Part shown: piece by piece, positions 35,070 to 49,000 of the stretch
Position numbering within the stretch: the first letter of the stretch is position 1
Layout: each line of letters begins with the position of its first letter
NCBI GenBank assembly: GCA_000708835.1
Contig: DF237001.1
Span: 62,001-126,000 of the forward strand
Direction: 5' to 3'
From: Klebsormidium nitens
Lineage: Eukaryota > Plantae > Klebsormidiophyceae
DNA: 64,000 bases
The notes under the pieces: generated by a model
What the model was told of the DNA's origin: nothing
Databases searched by the model: none
What the model saw: only the letters and a program-made list of their open reading frames with translations
Program-made: the position numbers and the translations under genes

Positions 35070-38000
35070 TCACGGCTCCGTGGCAATCCTACTTTGAACT
35101 TGTCTCGAGGTAGCTGAAGGTGCATTTGCACGCTCTTCTTTCTCGACTCCGAAAAGCTCCTCATAAGTTGGACCCAACATCAAGTTAGCTTCTGTTAGCA
35201 CCTGATGCGAGAAACGACTGTCCAGATCCTGAAGACAAGAACAACAGACATACTAAGTCAGCTGAAGGAATTGCATGTACAAATTTCCTGAGAATCCGAA
35301 GCATCATTACGCAGCTGCCCCAAAGCTGTAGAGAAGAAGCAAGATTCCGGGCATCTTGACTCAGATAACCGGCCTAGCTTCAACAATGGATCGAAGGAGG
35401 ATCGAAGGTGCATCATGTCATGCTTGGCAAAGTAATCCAAAGTATTGCAGAAGACCATGATCTCGGAATATTTCGGGCAAGTTCATGCTTCAAAGACATG
35501 CGTACAAGCGATATACCAGGAATGTACAGAATCTGATTACCTTCGAAACGAGCTTCAGGTGCTCCAATTTGCCGATGGCGTCGGACACCTCAAAGTTGAC
35601 CGCCTCGCCAAACACGTTCTCTAGTAAATCCTCGCAACATCCGTCGAGTTCCTGAACCAAGAGATCCAACAGACTGGGTTTGAGAATGATGTGAGGACAG
35701 ACTATGGATTCGCCATACAAGACTCTAGACCGCTTTCAATTATGGCCGAGCAAACCTTGGGCGTGGGCCTCTATGTCGGTAGCATCGCCGTAGCACGATA
35801 GCAATACTTCTGTCCAAGTAAGCGTAGTGATTTGAGCAGGATAAGACTCGTCCAGTAAGTTGATCTTTACATTTTGCATCTTACATAAAAGACGTTTATT
35901 TCCACCGCCGTACCTCTTTCGGCACAAAAACCTGACCACAAAGAGTTCACCCTTTAAAAAAAGTAGACTCTAGACACGGAAACACGGAGCACTTTGAAGG
36001 GCAGCATCCGGGATGCGTCATGAGAACACCAGATGAATGAAACGATCAACGAGGACCTTAAATCGCTTTCAGGCTAAGCACACAGAAGCAGGGTCATAAG
36101 AAAAAGAAGACGGCCACTTCGGCTTTTCAAAACTCACTTCTTCCGACAACTTCCCTCGCGTCATGAGCACGAAGTATGCGAGAATGACTTCCTTTACTTC
36201 CTGCTGAATGACGTCATCACACAGGTGCAGCAGCGTGCTCTTCCCTGCAAAGAAGGTCCGCAGCACGATCATCATGTTTGCAAGTATCCCATGGCCCACG
36301 GAACAACAAAAGACACGTGGCTTTCCTCTGGCTTATCGCTCCGTTTACGGGCGACTTGATTCTGGATGCTCGTGCCCCTGTCAGAGCTTTTCGAGTCCGC
36401 CGCTGAGTGCGCACTTGAGATGCGCGCAGATCCGGAGATCCAAAAACCTGCCAAACCGCCACATATCCGATCCTGAAAGGCACATTCTCAAGTCCCTCTC
36501 TATTATAGAGGTGACTGGTTGCGCCCTCTTACTAATCCACTGAACCAGCATTTCGAGAAACCTGTCGCTCAACGCTTGGTCGAACGATTGCGCGACTGAG
36601 TTTTTGTTCCAGTGTCAAAAATCAAGTCCGAGCGGCGAAATCAAACGAGCAGATTCAGGGCGGTCGTCTTCAGATCAGTATATGAATTTCAGCGGCTCAC
36701 CGTTGTCCATGCTCTTGTCGTACATGGACTTGACCAGCAAACTTTGGTACTTGTTGCGTGCAATCTGGTAGCTGCACCAGAGATGGGGAGATCTTTATTA
36801 GAAGTGATCGAGCAACAAACGTGAAAGCCAGGCTTTAATGCAACCAAAGAACCGAACGGATTCTGAAAACCTTTTGATCATGATTGATGCAAAGTCGAAC
36901 AGTCCGGTTGGCCGTGACAAAGCGCATCAAGAGGCACGGAGATAGCTGTCGTTTAATGACTCGACCTCTGAAGTAGAGACGGTGCACAGAATTCAGCTGT
37001 TCACCATCCAACGTATCTTTCTTCGAGACAAACAGACAAAGGAAAACAGACTTTCCGACATCATCAAGTGGGAAGACAAACAGGAAAAGGGGCGGGTAGC
37101 CTCACTCCGTATGCACTTTGAAGATATAGCCCCCGACCGCTGTCACGATGGCCACCAGGACCTTGAAGTCGACCTCATCCGCAGTCAATGTATGCCACAG
37201 CGCCCCCTGCCAAAGACAATTTCCTAGTCGTTCTCGATATCGAGCGACGCTTCGTTTCTGGAGGAAAGAGAACTGGGATGATCTCAAGCAAGTCGTTTTC
37301 TGAAGAGGAGGATCTCAGCGCGCAGCGATGATGTCGACCGTCTTTGGCAGCAGGCAAAGGCGCGCAAGAATCCGAGCTTGGGATCCGTTCAATAGTCGAC
37401 CATGTATTCTCCTTGACAGATTCATCGCAAAAGTCGAAAGTGCCAAGGCTGATGTGCTGCTCAACATTTTATGCAATTGAAATGGCCAAGGACTTTGCTA
37501 GCCGCCATCTTTGGACCGATGCCTAAACGTTCGGCCCGACACATCGATCCGTGGGCTGGCCTCAGAGAGGGCCGTAGGGTAATCCACACTACCCCCTACA
37601 CTATCGGAGGCGTGTCCGACTTACCGCACCAGCGATTGCGGAGACCGCCATCTTGACGCTGTCCATGGGCGTCAAGCCGGGATTCCTCTTTTCTGGCTGC
37701 AAGATGCAATAATGAACGTCAGGAATTTCCCCATACGAGGACAGAATAACAGCAAGTTTGAATCGCCGGGATCGCAGCTGCCAGCGCGGATTGAGCAAGC
37801 CCTACTCAGTGATTCAAATACACGCTACACCAGAATCACTCCAGAATCACCCTAAAGTACTCGGAAGATCAAGATGCTGGACCAAAGAGACATTGCAACA
37901 ACTAGCTATTGGTGGAGGGACAGAACCGACAGGGGAGGGTGCCAGTATGCAGGTAAGAGCCTCAAGATGGAAGCACCAGGCATGACGTCTGAACGAGTCG

Positions 38001-41000
38001 GCTACTCTGGTGGCAACACTCACCAACACGAGCTCCATGTCAGCCATGGGAATGTTCTGGAAGTGCTTGATGTAGATTGCTCGGTCCCCCAGCGCGTCTG
38101 GGCAGTCCGGCGCCGTTGCTTTCCTGCGGAGCACTACAGCATTTTGTTAAGGTGCTAGAGAACCTTACCAATGCTAGTTTTCTCAGTCCTTTCGACGCTC
38201 ATCTTCGTGGTTTTGCTTACAGACGAGAGAATGAGAGACTGAGGTCTCAAGCACGGAAAGCAAGGGTAAGAGCTCACGGTGGACAACAGGCAATCAATGG
38301 AGATTTGGGGCGGACATTACCTGTACAGAAGGATGATGCGTTCAAAGGTAGGCTCTTGAATTGTCGTCTTTGTCACTAGATTTTTTAAACTGCACAGCAA
38401 AGCAGGTCGCAAAGATTCATGCCATTGTCAAAGTCGAGAAGTACTGGTAGACCACAAGTACTGGTAGACCAGACTGTGGAAGAAGATAATAGCAAGCGTT
38501 TCAACAACAGTAGTTGGTTTGCTGATCATCCGAAGTTGTTGCCTACTAGTGTTGACAACAATCAGCAGCAGATGGACTTCAGGAAGTATGCCTTTAAGAG
38601 CATTGCACAATTCTTCCGTCAAAAGAAACTCTCCGACATCGTTCAAACCTTACCTAATCTGCATGTTCTCTAACCTAACCCGCTCTAAAGATATGTCGTC
38701 TCTCCCGGGACATGCGCTCTCTTCATCGTTGGCGCCTCGAAGCTCTCCGTACTCTGCTTCCGTGGAGGTGCTGTAAATGCACCTCACAAGTCGGTTCCTG
38801 GATCCCAAAGAGCAGCGAGGCTTGAATTGATTGCAGAAACAGATTTTAATCTTCCGTAGTTGCATAAGGAAGAAAACTTCTCGTTCATGTTTGAGCCCAG
38901 AACAAGTTGGACGCGAAGCGTCTTGCTATATGCACGATGCACTGGTCTGGTCGAAAAGTTCTACCGACTGGATCACCTCAAGCTCCTCCTTTTGAGCATT
39001 ACTCACAAAGAACAGGAGCGGGATAGGACTGGCTTTGAGCAATGTAGAACAGCATCAATTTCAACTTTGAAACTCCAAACAAATGCAGAAAATACTGCAT
39101 CCCAGGGGTCAGGTGTGGGGCGCAACCAATTCAACGCCTTACCAGATGTATAGCAGTGGCCATAACACGCACTGGATAAGTCTAGCCATCAGCAGCTCGA
39201 TCTTTTCGACTACAAAAAAACCGGACGTCTGGTCGATGCCAATTCCCCCACGAAAGAGTAAGTACTGCATAGAATCGCGAAAAAGGATCAGGCCACAAGA
39301 CAATTCGAGTCGGTAAGTCGTCCGTGATTGGAAACTTTGAGCGGGAACCTACGAGGATCGGGTGGGACGTATATAGCTTGCCAAAGAGCGGGCGACCTCC
39401 TTTATGCAGTGCTGGGCAGACTCGATTATCTTTCCGGAAAGAGTTTCTTTTCGGAAATGAACCTAGACGAATCACCACACATATGAGCTGCACGACAATT
39501 CTTGGGAGCGAGTCGTTTATTTGTTGCTCGTGCAAACCCACATTTGAACACCTCGTCTCTTTATTGTAATCATGCAATGCCAAATTCAATAGAAAACTCG
39601 TCTTCTTTCTTGGAAATACTGATGCTGCTGCAGGAAGCGCCCGCCTCATGAGGGTCTGAAAGATAGAACAGATCTGAAAGGAAAGCTTACATGTGTCGAG
39701 TAGGACGGCATGTCCTGCCGTCCTTCGGTTGCGAAAAACCTGGACCACAGCCGAGTATCGAGGCGTTTCAAGTCCACTTCTATTGGTAAGGTGAGAAGGT
39801 ACTCTCCTTTCTGAGCCAAGTCATACTCCGACTGACTAACGAGCTTGAAGTTACTCTTCTCAAACATCTGCAAAGCAGAACGGTTTGAATAAGTTGGGCC
39901 ATTTTGAGGCCCTTCGAACGATAGGAAGGCTGTGGCCAACAAGTCAAAATGAGGAGATTCAAGGTTAGGAGAATACGGCGCAGTATTTGTTGCGCAAAGA
40001 GACCACTGCGAACTTTGCAGGAGAGAAGAGGACTCGAGAGTCTCAACCAGGGCTAGTGGCGCCTTTCGGTATACATGCCGGATTTTACACAAAGGTCACT
40101 TCTGCGTAGGTTTTCATTGCTTTAAGATGCTATTAAGAGACGCTTGCATGACAAAAGCTAAGCTTTTTAATAACGAATAAAGAGGAGGTCCTTCACCTGC
40201 ATGACGTGCTTCAAGAACATAACCTCCAGCTTGTTCAGTTGCTCAGAAGACAGGTCGTATTGAGAAATCTTGGAGGGGCCAGTGACTGGGTCAAAGAATG
40301 AGTACAAGTACTGCATGGAAAGCACTGTATCAGCAAGAGAGAGGGTGGCACGAAACTTGGTTGGACGCCCCCAACATAGGCAACATTTGCTGATAGCAAT
40401 ATGTGAGCACTGTGGCGACTTGGGTCATCATTGTCAAATCATGGGTCAAGGAGAGTGAAGATGAGAGCTCTGCTGCGAGTGCGTCGAGTGTGGAACTATG
40501 GTTGGTTGAGGCATCAACAACCAGTAGCCAAGGGAGAACATTAACAATTGCAGGAGGGGGTGACTCACTGTTAATTCCTCAAACTGACCGTTGTACCAGG
40601 ATCTGACGCTGGCATCAATCCTTTTACAAAGGATCTTAAATTGATTCTGCTCGCTCTCAGATTCTGCAGAGCACAGACACCTCTGTTTTGTGCACTGCAC
40701 CTCTTGTTCTCTGATAATAGATTGAAGGGCCACAGAAGATCAGTGCGCACATCGAATCAGATGGTGCACTTTCTTGTATTCTGGGTCAGATCATTGGGCA
40801 CAAGGATTTGAAAGGAGTATCCGTGGCGTTTTGCCAGCCGGGTGTACTGAATTCAAGGCTCATTCACTGGATAAAAACCACCACCTTTCCAGAAACTCAC
40901 CAATCATGTTTGAGAGCTCCAGTACAAGTCTTGGCTTTAGAGCCTGGATGACTGCCTCCTTTGAAATCTTCAATACATCCTTTCTCTTCGTCCTTAGGAG

Positions 41001-41034
41001 CGGCAACATCAGAGGCTCCCCAGGCATGTGTCCC
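35070..41034 (-). CDS. DUF3754 family protein, multi-exon; the N-terminus probably extends to ~42.3-42.8 kb
   Basis: Exons encode KDVLKISKEAVIQALKPRL, FKILCKRIDASVRSWY..QFEEL, YSFFDPV, MFEKSNFK..GEYLLTLPIEVD, IYIKHFQNIPMADMELVL, PEKRNPGLTPMD, KSMYDKSMDNGKSTLLHLCDDVIQQEVKEVILAYF, FEVSDAIGKLEHL and TEANLMLGPTYEEL, with TGA at 35070-35072. The order is colinear with plant DUF3754 proteins as I recall them. Confidence 0.88.
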
Positions 41035-43039
41035 CTGCAATTGTACAAATGTGAAGTGCGGATTCTTTCAAACATCTGATTCCATCTTAAGGAGCAATGC
41101 ACAGTCACATGATCAGACAGGGATGGGACAGGGACTGAATCCAAACTGGGGACTTTGAATGACTTGCACAAGCGAACTCTATTACATTCTCCACTCTTTG
41201 AACAGGGCACCTGGAGTACGTGAAACCAGTTTTCTATAACAGAGTCACATCTTAGAGTTTGATCTAAAGTAGAAAGCTACTTTGAAGATTTTTCCTCAAT
41301 ATGGTTTCTCACAGCCTAACAGGAATCGTGACGAAACAGAGGCTTATCAGTACAGGATTTGCAAGAAAATCCGTGTAAGTATGGTGGTGCACTTGACCCG
41401 CAGCTGGAGAACAACCCAAAGAAGAGCAAGGCATCGGACCTGAGAATCTGCATCTATGGCCGATGGGTCAAACCAAAAAGTTGCCGACGTGGGGAATGAT
41501 GAAGCCCTTCGCTGCGGTCACCAGCCAGTCCTGCAATGCTGTCACCAGTGAATCACTAGATCTTGCGTACTAGAGGCCTCCCTGCAGTCCTGGCCTTCAA
41601 AGATGCACAATGCATCGTATCATTGACATTGCGGTTTGCAGAACTGGCAGCTAGCCAACCGAAGGCCCTTTCAATTCCCCCGTGTTGCATTTTGTGCCAA
41701 AGCTTCTCCAGAGGGAGAGAATAAACTCATTGAAGCACTGGAGGAGCCTGTGCTTGACAATGCTATAATTATAATGCTGTACATTGCCTGCCTGGGCCAG
41801 GATTGCTAGCTGCTTGGAGTTCTGCTTGAAACAGCAGGGGCCTGCCTGGGTGTTCACAACTTACTGCCACTGGTCGACAGGACTCGGACTTCTTGCAGCC
41901 TGTGACGGCAGTGTGACCCGTAAAATCGTGGCGACTAGAAGGCAGAGACAACCTCTTTTGCGGTCGCTTGCTCGACGTTTTCAATTGCTGCATGAGTGAC
42001 CTCACAAGTGCGGCATTGCTGCCTGACAAAAGCCAGTGGCAGCAGGAGGGCGGCTGCATCATGTGCACTTCGGAATTTGATTATACTCAGCTAGCAGTGC
42101 AGGAGGAGGGCGCACTACTTTCCAATGCATGCGGCTACTCTTCGAAGCTCCTTCTCTGATTTGAGCAACTCCTTGCATGAAATCTCCTGCAGCACTTAAC
42201 ATTCACTAGCGATCTTTTGTTCCATAAAGGGCGAAAGCTGGATGAGAAGGGAGCTCGCGGTTTTGGAAAAGTTGGTAAGTGCACAATGAACCCAGATGTC
42301 CACACTGCATCGATTCCCTTTACCAGGAACATCAAACATTTTCCCCGTGCATTTCACACAATTTTGCATGTAATTGGGGGGGGGCTTTCTAGATGACAAT
42401 GGGTAAAACGCCTTTCTGGCCAAAAGATACATAATGCTCACCTCTGACTGAGAAGGGCCAATGTGTTCATGACATACTTCTATACACCTGCATCTACCTG
42501 AACCAGCAGAAACAAAAGATCTTCAAGCATATTGGGATTAGCCCATGAATTGTTTCTCTCAAGTTTGACTAGAAGTGCATGCAGTCTCTGAAAGTACTCC
42601 ACCTCAGGATCTGAATGGACGATTTCTGGTGTAGAAATGTCCCCGTCCAATCTAGGCAGTTTGCGTCATTCTCGCTTTCTTCCAATGGACAGCTGCAGGA
42701 CGGCAATTGGGGAGGTCTTGTGTCTGCACAACAACTCTCATCTGTCTGCCGAAACCTTGTGTCTCTTTCACGCCTCTCTCTTTATCTGTACGGTGACGTT
42801 CTGTTTGTACCAGCCAAGGGGTAAAGATTCTAGCATTGCCTTGCAATGTCCAAAACACCAGTCAGCTCATTTTGCAGTGGTATAATATGAAGGGTATCTC
42901 ACAATGTACCGCCCTAAGTGTCATGCCTCCCCGCTTGATCCATCTGCATCGAGCTTGAAAGACCGGGCGCTTTTGTTTCATGCCCAAATTCTTGCTTGTT
43001 TACAGGTTTCGCAAAGTTAGGGGACTTCTTTTCAGAGTT

Positions 43040-46000
43040 ATGGGGGATGTCGAGGGAGCCAAAACAGCACCCCCCCAGGAGGCAAAGGCGCTCAACGGTG
43101 GGGATAAAGCAGACAATGATGACGATGTGCCCGAAGCAGTGCCACTGGGAAGGCCAATCAAGGAGGAGGATGGTCGCAAGTTCTACAATAGATTTGAATA
43201 TGAAGGGACGGAGTTCAAGTCTCTAGACACTGTTACGCTGAATCCGGATGAGGGGAGTCCAGACACCCCATACTTTGCTCTTATCAAGGTAAAGAAAAGG
43301 AATATTGTCAAAAGCCCCTTTCTTCAAAGTTCTTTGGACTTTAAAAAGGGTCTTCTGAAGTGGTTAACTTGTGAACGTCAACTTGCCAAGGTTTAGCGGC
43401 ACCGATATAATGCACTCCAGCCCAACATCATACTGGACAGATTTGCTATGGGCAAACATTCCTAATTGGCACCCAACAAACCGCTCCTGCACCTCACTTA
43501 TGTGACGCCACATTGCTTCTGCTTCTGCTTCTGCTTCTGCTTCTGCTTCTGCTTCTTTGTATGTAGATTCTGATAACGAAATGCATCAAAGTTGCCGCTT
43601 TATTCAAAAGTCCCCTGCTTGTGCCTGTGCTGACTCAGTGTCTGATCACCCCGTGCAGGACATCTGGAAAGAGGAAGAAGACGAAGTGTACATGACCATT
43701 CAGTGGTTTTACCGCCCTGACGAAGCCAAGAGACGAAATGGGGAGCTGTACCCTATCCGCAGGAAGAATGAGCTTTTCTACAGGTTAGCGGCCACACATA
43801 TCCCTCTGTGTGACGCCCCTGACGTGTGCTTTCTTTCGCTTTGTTGAGTCTTCAAGGGCTTGGTAAAATGGCGCTTTTTCTTATGCCAGAATCTGCTGAA
43901 AGTGATCAGGCAGTCCGCTCCGTGAAGTTCTGCACTGCTCTCAGGTCAAAACTTGAGGGGTTTTCACACTCAGGGTCTTCCTCAAAGGGCCGCATCAAAC
44001 AATGGAGGTTTCGTATCGAAAGACGACCTCAGGCAGTGAGCAGTTCGTCAGAACTTCAGACAGTCAAGCTTACTCAGGGGTGAACTTTCAAAATTTTCAC
44101 ATGATGAACAAACATGGAAAGAAAAAGGAAAGAAAAAAACGTAAGTTCCAGGATATCAGGAACGAACTCATTCCTTTGAACTCGAGCTAGTTGCTGCATT
44201 CTTCCATACCACACTCCTCTGGAATGCCATCGCCCAAAGATGGGTTTATATCGTTTTACCAACTTCCGCAGAAGAGACGAGTGTTTGATCTGTAGTGGTT
44301 TACCCCAGCCATGCAGAAAGAGGCGTCAGGCTGCACTTAATCACCGTCAGACATCAAGATTTGAAACCATTTAACTGGAGTGAATGACCAACTCTCCCGC
44401 AGTTTCCACATGGATGACGTCCCGGCGGGGTCCGTCTTTCACAAAGTGCCCATTCACGTTATTCGCCACACAAAGAGCTCGGCCGGCATTCCGGAGTCTG
44501 AGTACTTTGTGCATAGGGTAAGCCTTCTTATGCTCGTTAACTTGGTCCAGCCATTTTGTCGTTCGACTCTCGCTTGTCCGAACAGACTGCGTAAACTTTC
44601 ATAGTTTCTTTCTCATCAAGAGCCCCGTTTAGGCGATTCCTACCGCGATTGCGTGGTAATCTGTGGACGATCCTACTTTCAAATCTCCGTCCTCGAAACC
44701 ATCCGCTGTCGCTTCAAAACCTGCTGACAGTCTGTGTCTCTGATTCAACACCGCCTGGAGCCATCCGTTGGAAAAAAGGGAGCTTGTCGTGAAAGCTTTG
44801 CCAGTTGGCGTTTTGAGGCTAATAGGAGACTCAAAGCAGTACCTTTACGTTGAGGGCCCTGCAAAGGCACCTGCTTCTGTAACACAAACGTTCGCTTTTT
44901 CCATCGGCACGGGCCCAAGAAGCACTCAAGTCTCTGGTCGGCTCATTGTCAACCTCTTTTCTATCTCAGCATGAGAGCCATGGTCAGCACTGCGCATACC
45001 ACTTCTGTAAGTTGATTGGTATTCTGAGACTGGACCATGCCGAGCAGGTATATGACAACGAGCGCAAGAAGTTGAGGGATCTCGAAGACGAGGAGTTCGA
45101 GGACCCGGACAAAATCATCATCGGAATGCTCATTGGCAGGTGGGTTGCAGCAGCGGTCGACGCCTATGTTCTGAGGTCCTTTGAGTGGACGAGTCAGCGT
45201 TGATCGCACGTCGTATTTCCTATGGTTTGTCGTGAACAGACTTTCCAGAGACCAGCTCCAACCGGCGTTTTGTTAGTTGGTCCTATGTCTGATCCTACAA
45301 CGGCTTTGGGGATACCAGGCGTTTGGTGATGTCTGCTCCTGCTTTTCATCCGGGGCCTTCCTGCGTTTGATGTCTCGAGTTGGCTTTTCAGACTGATGTA
45401 AGCCTTGAACGCCATGTTCATCTACATATTTCCGAAATGTCGGGCCATTGGTGAAGGTTATTCTGCAAATATCGAACACGTCACTTTTTGAGATCCTTGA
45501 CTGCGCAGCCAGAGCGTCAGAACGGCATCCTCAGAATCCACGAACCTACAGCAGTGACGCCACAGGTCTCCATAGTTGGCAGGCTGTTTTAAAGGGGTTT
45601 GATGCACAAAACGTCAGGCCTTAGACCTAGTAAGCGTGTCTGATCTCGTCACTTGATTAGTCGGCTTTCGAACCTCCTCCCCGTTTCTGACGTCACAGAG
45701 CCGAGGCTGCGCTAGGCGACCTTCCGGACGCGTCCGAAGAGGAGCTCGCCATAAGCTCGCTGTCCGAGAAGCGTCCGAGCAGCGGGGCGAGCATCGAGGA
45801 TGTAGAAGAGGAGCCGAACAAGAAGGTGCGTCTTCAGAGGGACCGTGTTCCACTGGTCGTGAAGTATGCTCCTTAATTTTCAGTTACGCCGACCATGCAG
45901 CCTTCAAGCGTAGAGTTGAGTGTAAGGGTGGGTCCAGGATACGTTTAAAATATCTGTTTGGAGAACTATAGTTTTCGTCTTCTTTTGTGCAAGTCTCATT

Positions 46001-49000
46001 GTTCAGAGCGTTGTTCTCTCAAGTAAGTACTTGGCGGACAGTTGGCTGAGAATAAGGAGACGGTGGACGTCTGTGTATCATCAGGGACCATTCGCACCAG
46101 ACTTGAAGGGGCGTGCAAGAAACAGGAGTTCGACTTTCGTAAGATTCTCCGAGTGGAACGCGTTCATTGATCCGCCTCCGTCGCCACTTTCTTTGGCGGC
46201 ATCTGAAGTCTTCACCTCTAAGACCAAAAGGGATCTGTATCAAAGGGCAGCAAGAAAATCTATCCTTCAGGTGCTGCCCGGAAGACAAGAGGTTCAGTCG
46301 AAGGACATGGTTGATTTAATCCTCCTACTCATCAAATAAGGTTTGGCCACACTGTCTGACCGTCCAGTTGAGTTCGAATCTCACAGCTCACTACTTCCGA
46401 GTGCACGAGGTGGTTGTCCTTGACCCCTCTACTTGTACTTCGGCTGTTTTGCTCAACGAGGCGAAGAATCCATGAAATCCAGCTGGAATCTCTGCAGCGC
46501 CGAAAAAGCGGGCAGCAGCGGGGCCATGCGAACCCGAACGGCGCAGGGGGAAAGATGTCGGAGCAGGAAAGGGTACTCGGCGAACACGGGGCGCTGACCG
46601 GAGATACGGCGCGAGACAAGTGAGGGCCCGACAGAAACTTGATTCTTGTTAGGCAATCTTCGTCGATGCTTTCGTGTGAGCTATGTGCTCTTGTTTTGAA
46701 CTTTATACAAACCTTTTAGGCATATGGGGCATCTTTTTGAATTGGAAAACATTGTAAGTTTATTAATGTCAATTGAGCGTGTGCTCCTTGGACAGGGGAC
46801 AAGGGGCGAGACAACGAGCGTGGAGGTTGGCAGATTAGAAGAAAACATCAAAAGACAAATCTTCGGTTGCTTCAGTCTGTGGGCGGAGTTAATGAGGACG
46901 GTTCCGCCGTTCCGTTCCATTCCGTCCGTTCTGCTGCTCCTGCGGCCCATGCGAAATTGTACTACAGGTCCGCTGAAACCTGGCCGCTCAAAAGCAACGT
47001 CCATAGTGACGTGCTGCAGCCCTCAATTGGAGCACGTCGGTTGCCCATGTTTCAGTCGACTGTTCCAAGAGCTAGGGTCCGCCCCACTGATGCCAGGTCT
47101 AGCTTTTGTCCTCGAAAGTGGCAAGCGTGGTCAAATTTATGTCTTCTCAACGAGGCACAGTATGATCAACGAAGCTCCGCCCCCAAACAACTCCCGCTGC
47201 ACAATACGACGTTTCGAGCTACCACTTCTGACCGATAGTGCCTTCTGCTTCACATCGCGCCTCCTTGCTCGCAGGTCCATGAGCGTCCTCTTGAAACCCA
47301 ACTTCATTTGAGCGGCCAAGTTCGGGAAATGTCTGTGCAGCATAAAATCGTCTGCCCAACTTCGCGCCGCCTTTCTTGCAGGTCGACGGGCGTCCTATTG
47401 ACCATTCCGAGCTCTTATGCATTCCAAATCGCGTTCGTTTGAGCAGTCACTTCAAGAGACCGTAGCAATGACATTTATTTTTATCTTACATCGCGCTTCC
47501 TTGCTCGCAGGTCGATGGGCGTCCTCTTGAAAGACGTCGGCCCATCCCCCGGCGCTTCGGAAGGCGCCATTGCGGTGCACATCGGCCGGCTCCAGGAACT
47601 AGAGCAGGCGGCGTTCGAGGCCAAGGGCAACGACCGCCGGGCGTACAGCGCGCTGCTGCGGCACCTCAAGTTCAATCTCAAGGTGAGCAATATCCGGTTT
47701 GGCTCTGCTGACGTTGCTTTGGATTCGCTGGCGTCAGCAACTGGAAGCAGGCGGCGTTGAGCCAAGGGCAACAACCGTCGGGCTATCATTGAGCTGCTGC
47801 GGCACCTCATCTTTTCTGAAGGTGCGCGGTGATCTTCCTTTGGTTATGCTGACGTCATGCGTCGCGCTTGCTAAGGTTAGCGGCTCGAGGAGCCATTTTC
47901 AGTTGGCAGAGGCAACGACTTGCGCGCTTCTGTGGCACCTCGTGCGAACTTAGTGTCGCCGACTTCTACGGGCGCTGCTGACGTTGCAACACCGTGTGTC
48001 AACTTCTGCAAATGGAAGCAGGCGGCACTTGGTCCTGATGCAACTGGCGGGGCGGCCGTATGCCCCACTGCTGGCATATCTTTGTTCTTATCACTTCAAT
48101 TGGACTTCGAACGATGGCTTTGCTGAAGATCAGAATATCCTGGGCGATACGAAGGTTTTTTGGTTTTGGTTTTGAAAACCAGCATGCGCGCAGCGGCCAT
48201 GCGTTCCTTCGGCCGCTTGCGGAAGGCCTGCTGGTCACATATCAATGATCGCAGCACGATGCCAGGTCTATAAAGTACCGGTTCGACGTAGATGGAACGA
48301 AGCTTGTGCACTGATATGATTTGTGTTTCTTTTCCAGCATGAGGGAACGCTGCGGCGGCGCTTCTTTGCTGGCGAGCTGCCCGCGGAGGTGGTGGTGAGA
48401 ATGGACCCCAACGAACTGAAGGAGGGCTACACGGCGGAGGAGACACGGGCCCGGGAGCCCGTGGCGTACGACCCGGAACCCATTGAGGTTAGCGCTGACC
48501 GCGCCCTCGACCCGCTAGATGATTTGCTCTCCTTCAAGCATACATTCCGCAAGCTTTGGAAACTGGTTGAGACTTTGAGAACCCACCAAAGTGTCTGATC
48601 TCATATGCGCGGACTGAGTTTACGGCTGATTCGTGGTCTCTTGGGGTCTCTTTTCGTCTTTGGCGTACCTCAACCACCCTGACACTCGAGTAAGACGGTC
48701 TCGACAGCTCAATTACTACTTCTAACCGATCGACGGCCAGTTCCGCCCTTCCTTCCAAGAATCTGCACATTGTCTGCCCCTGCCTCTGCGTGGAGCACGG
48801 ACGAACGCATCCAGTTCCATTTCAAGCGCTTTTGCTCCTGATTTCGCTCTTGACAATTAATCAATACCGGCTGTTGCAGATGGTGGACAAAACGTGTTCG
48901 CTGTGCGGCAAGCGGCAAGTGGGCGTGAAGGACATCATCGCCGGCGGCAAGGGCCAGATCTACCAGGTAAGCCGGCTGGTCTGGACGACGCTTGTTAAGG

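Noticed and set aside
39324-41210. Initially read as cytochrome P450 fragments (ORFs 40860-41210 and 39324-39569)
   Set aside because: The 40860 ORF is the DUF3754 exon KDVLKISKEAVIQALKPRL. There is no FxxGxRxCxG heme motif; the plus ORF is antisense to DUF3754 intronic sequence.
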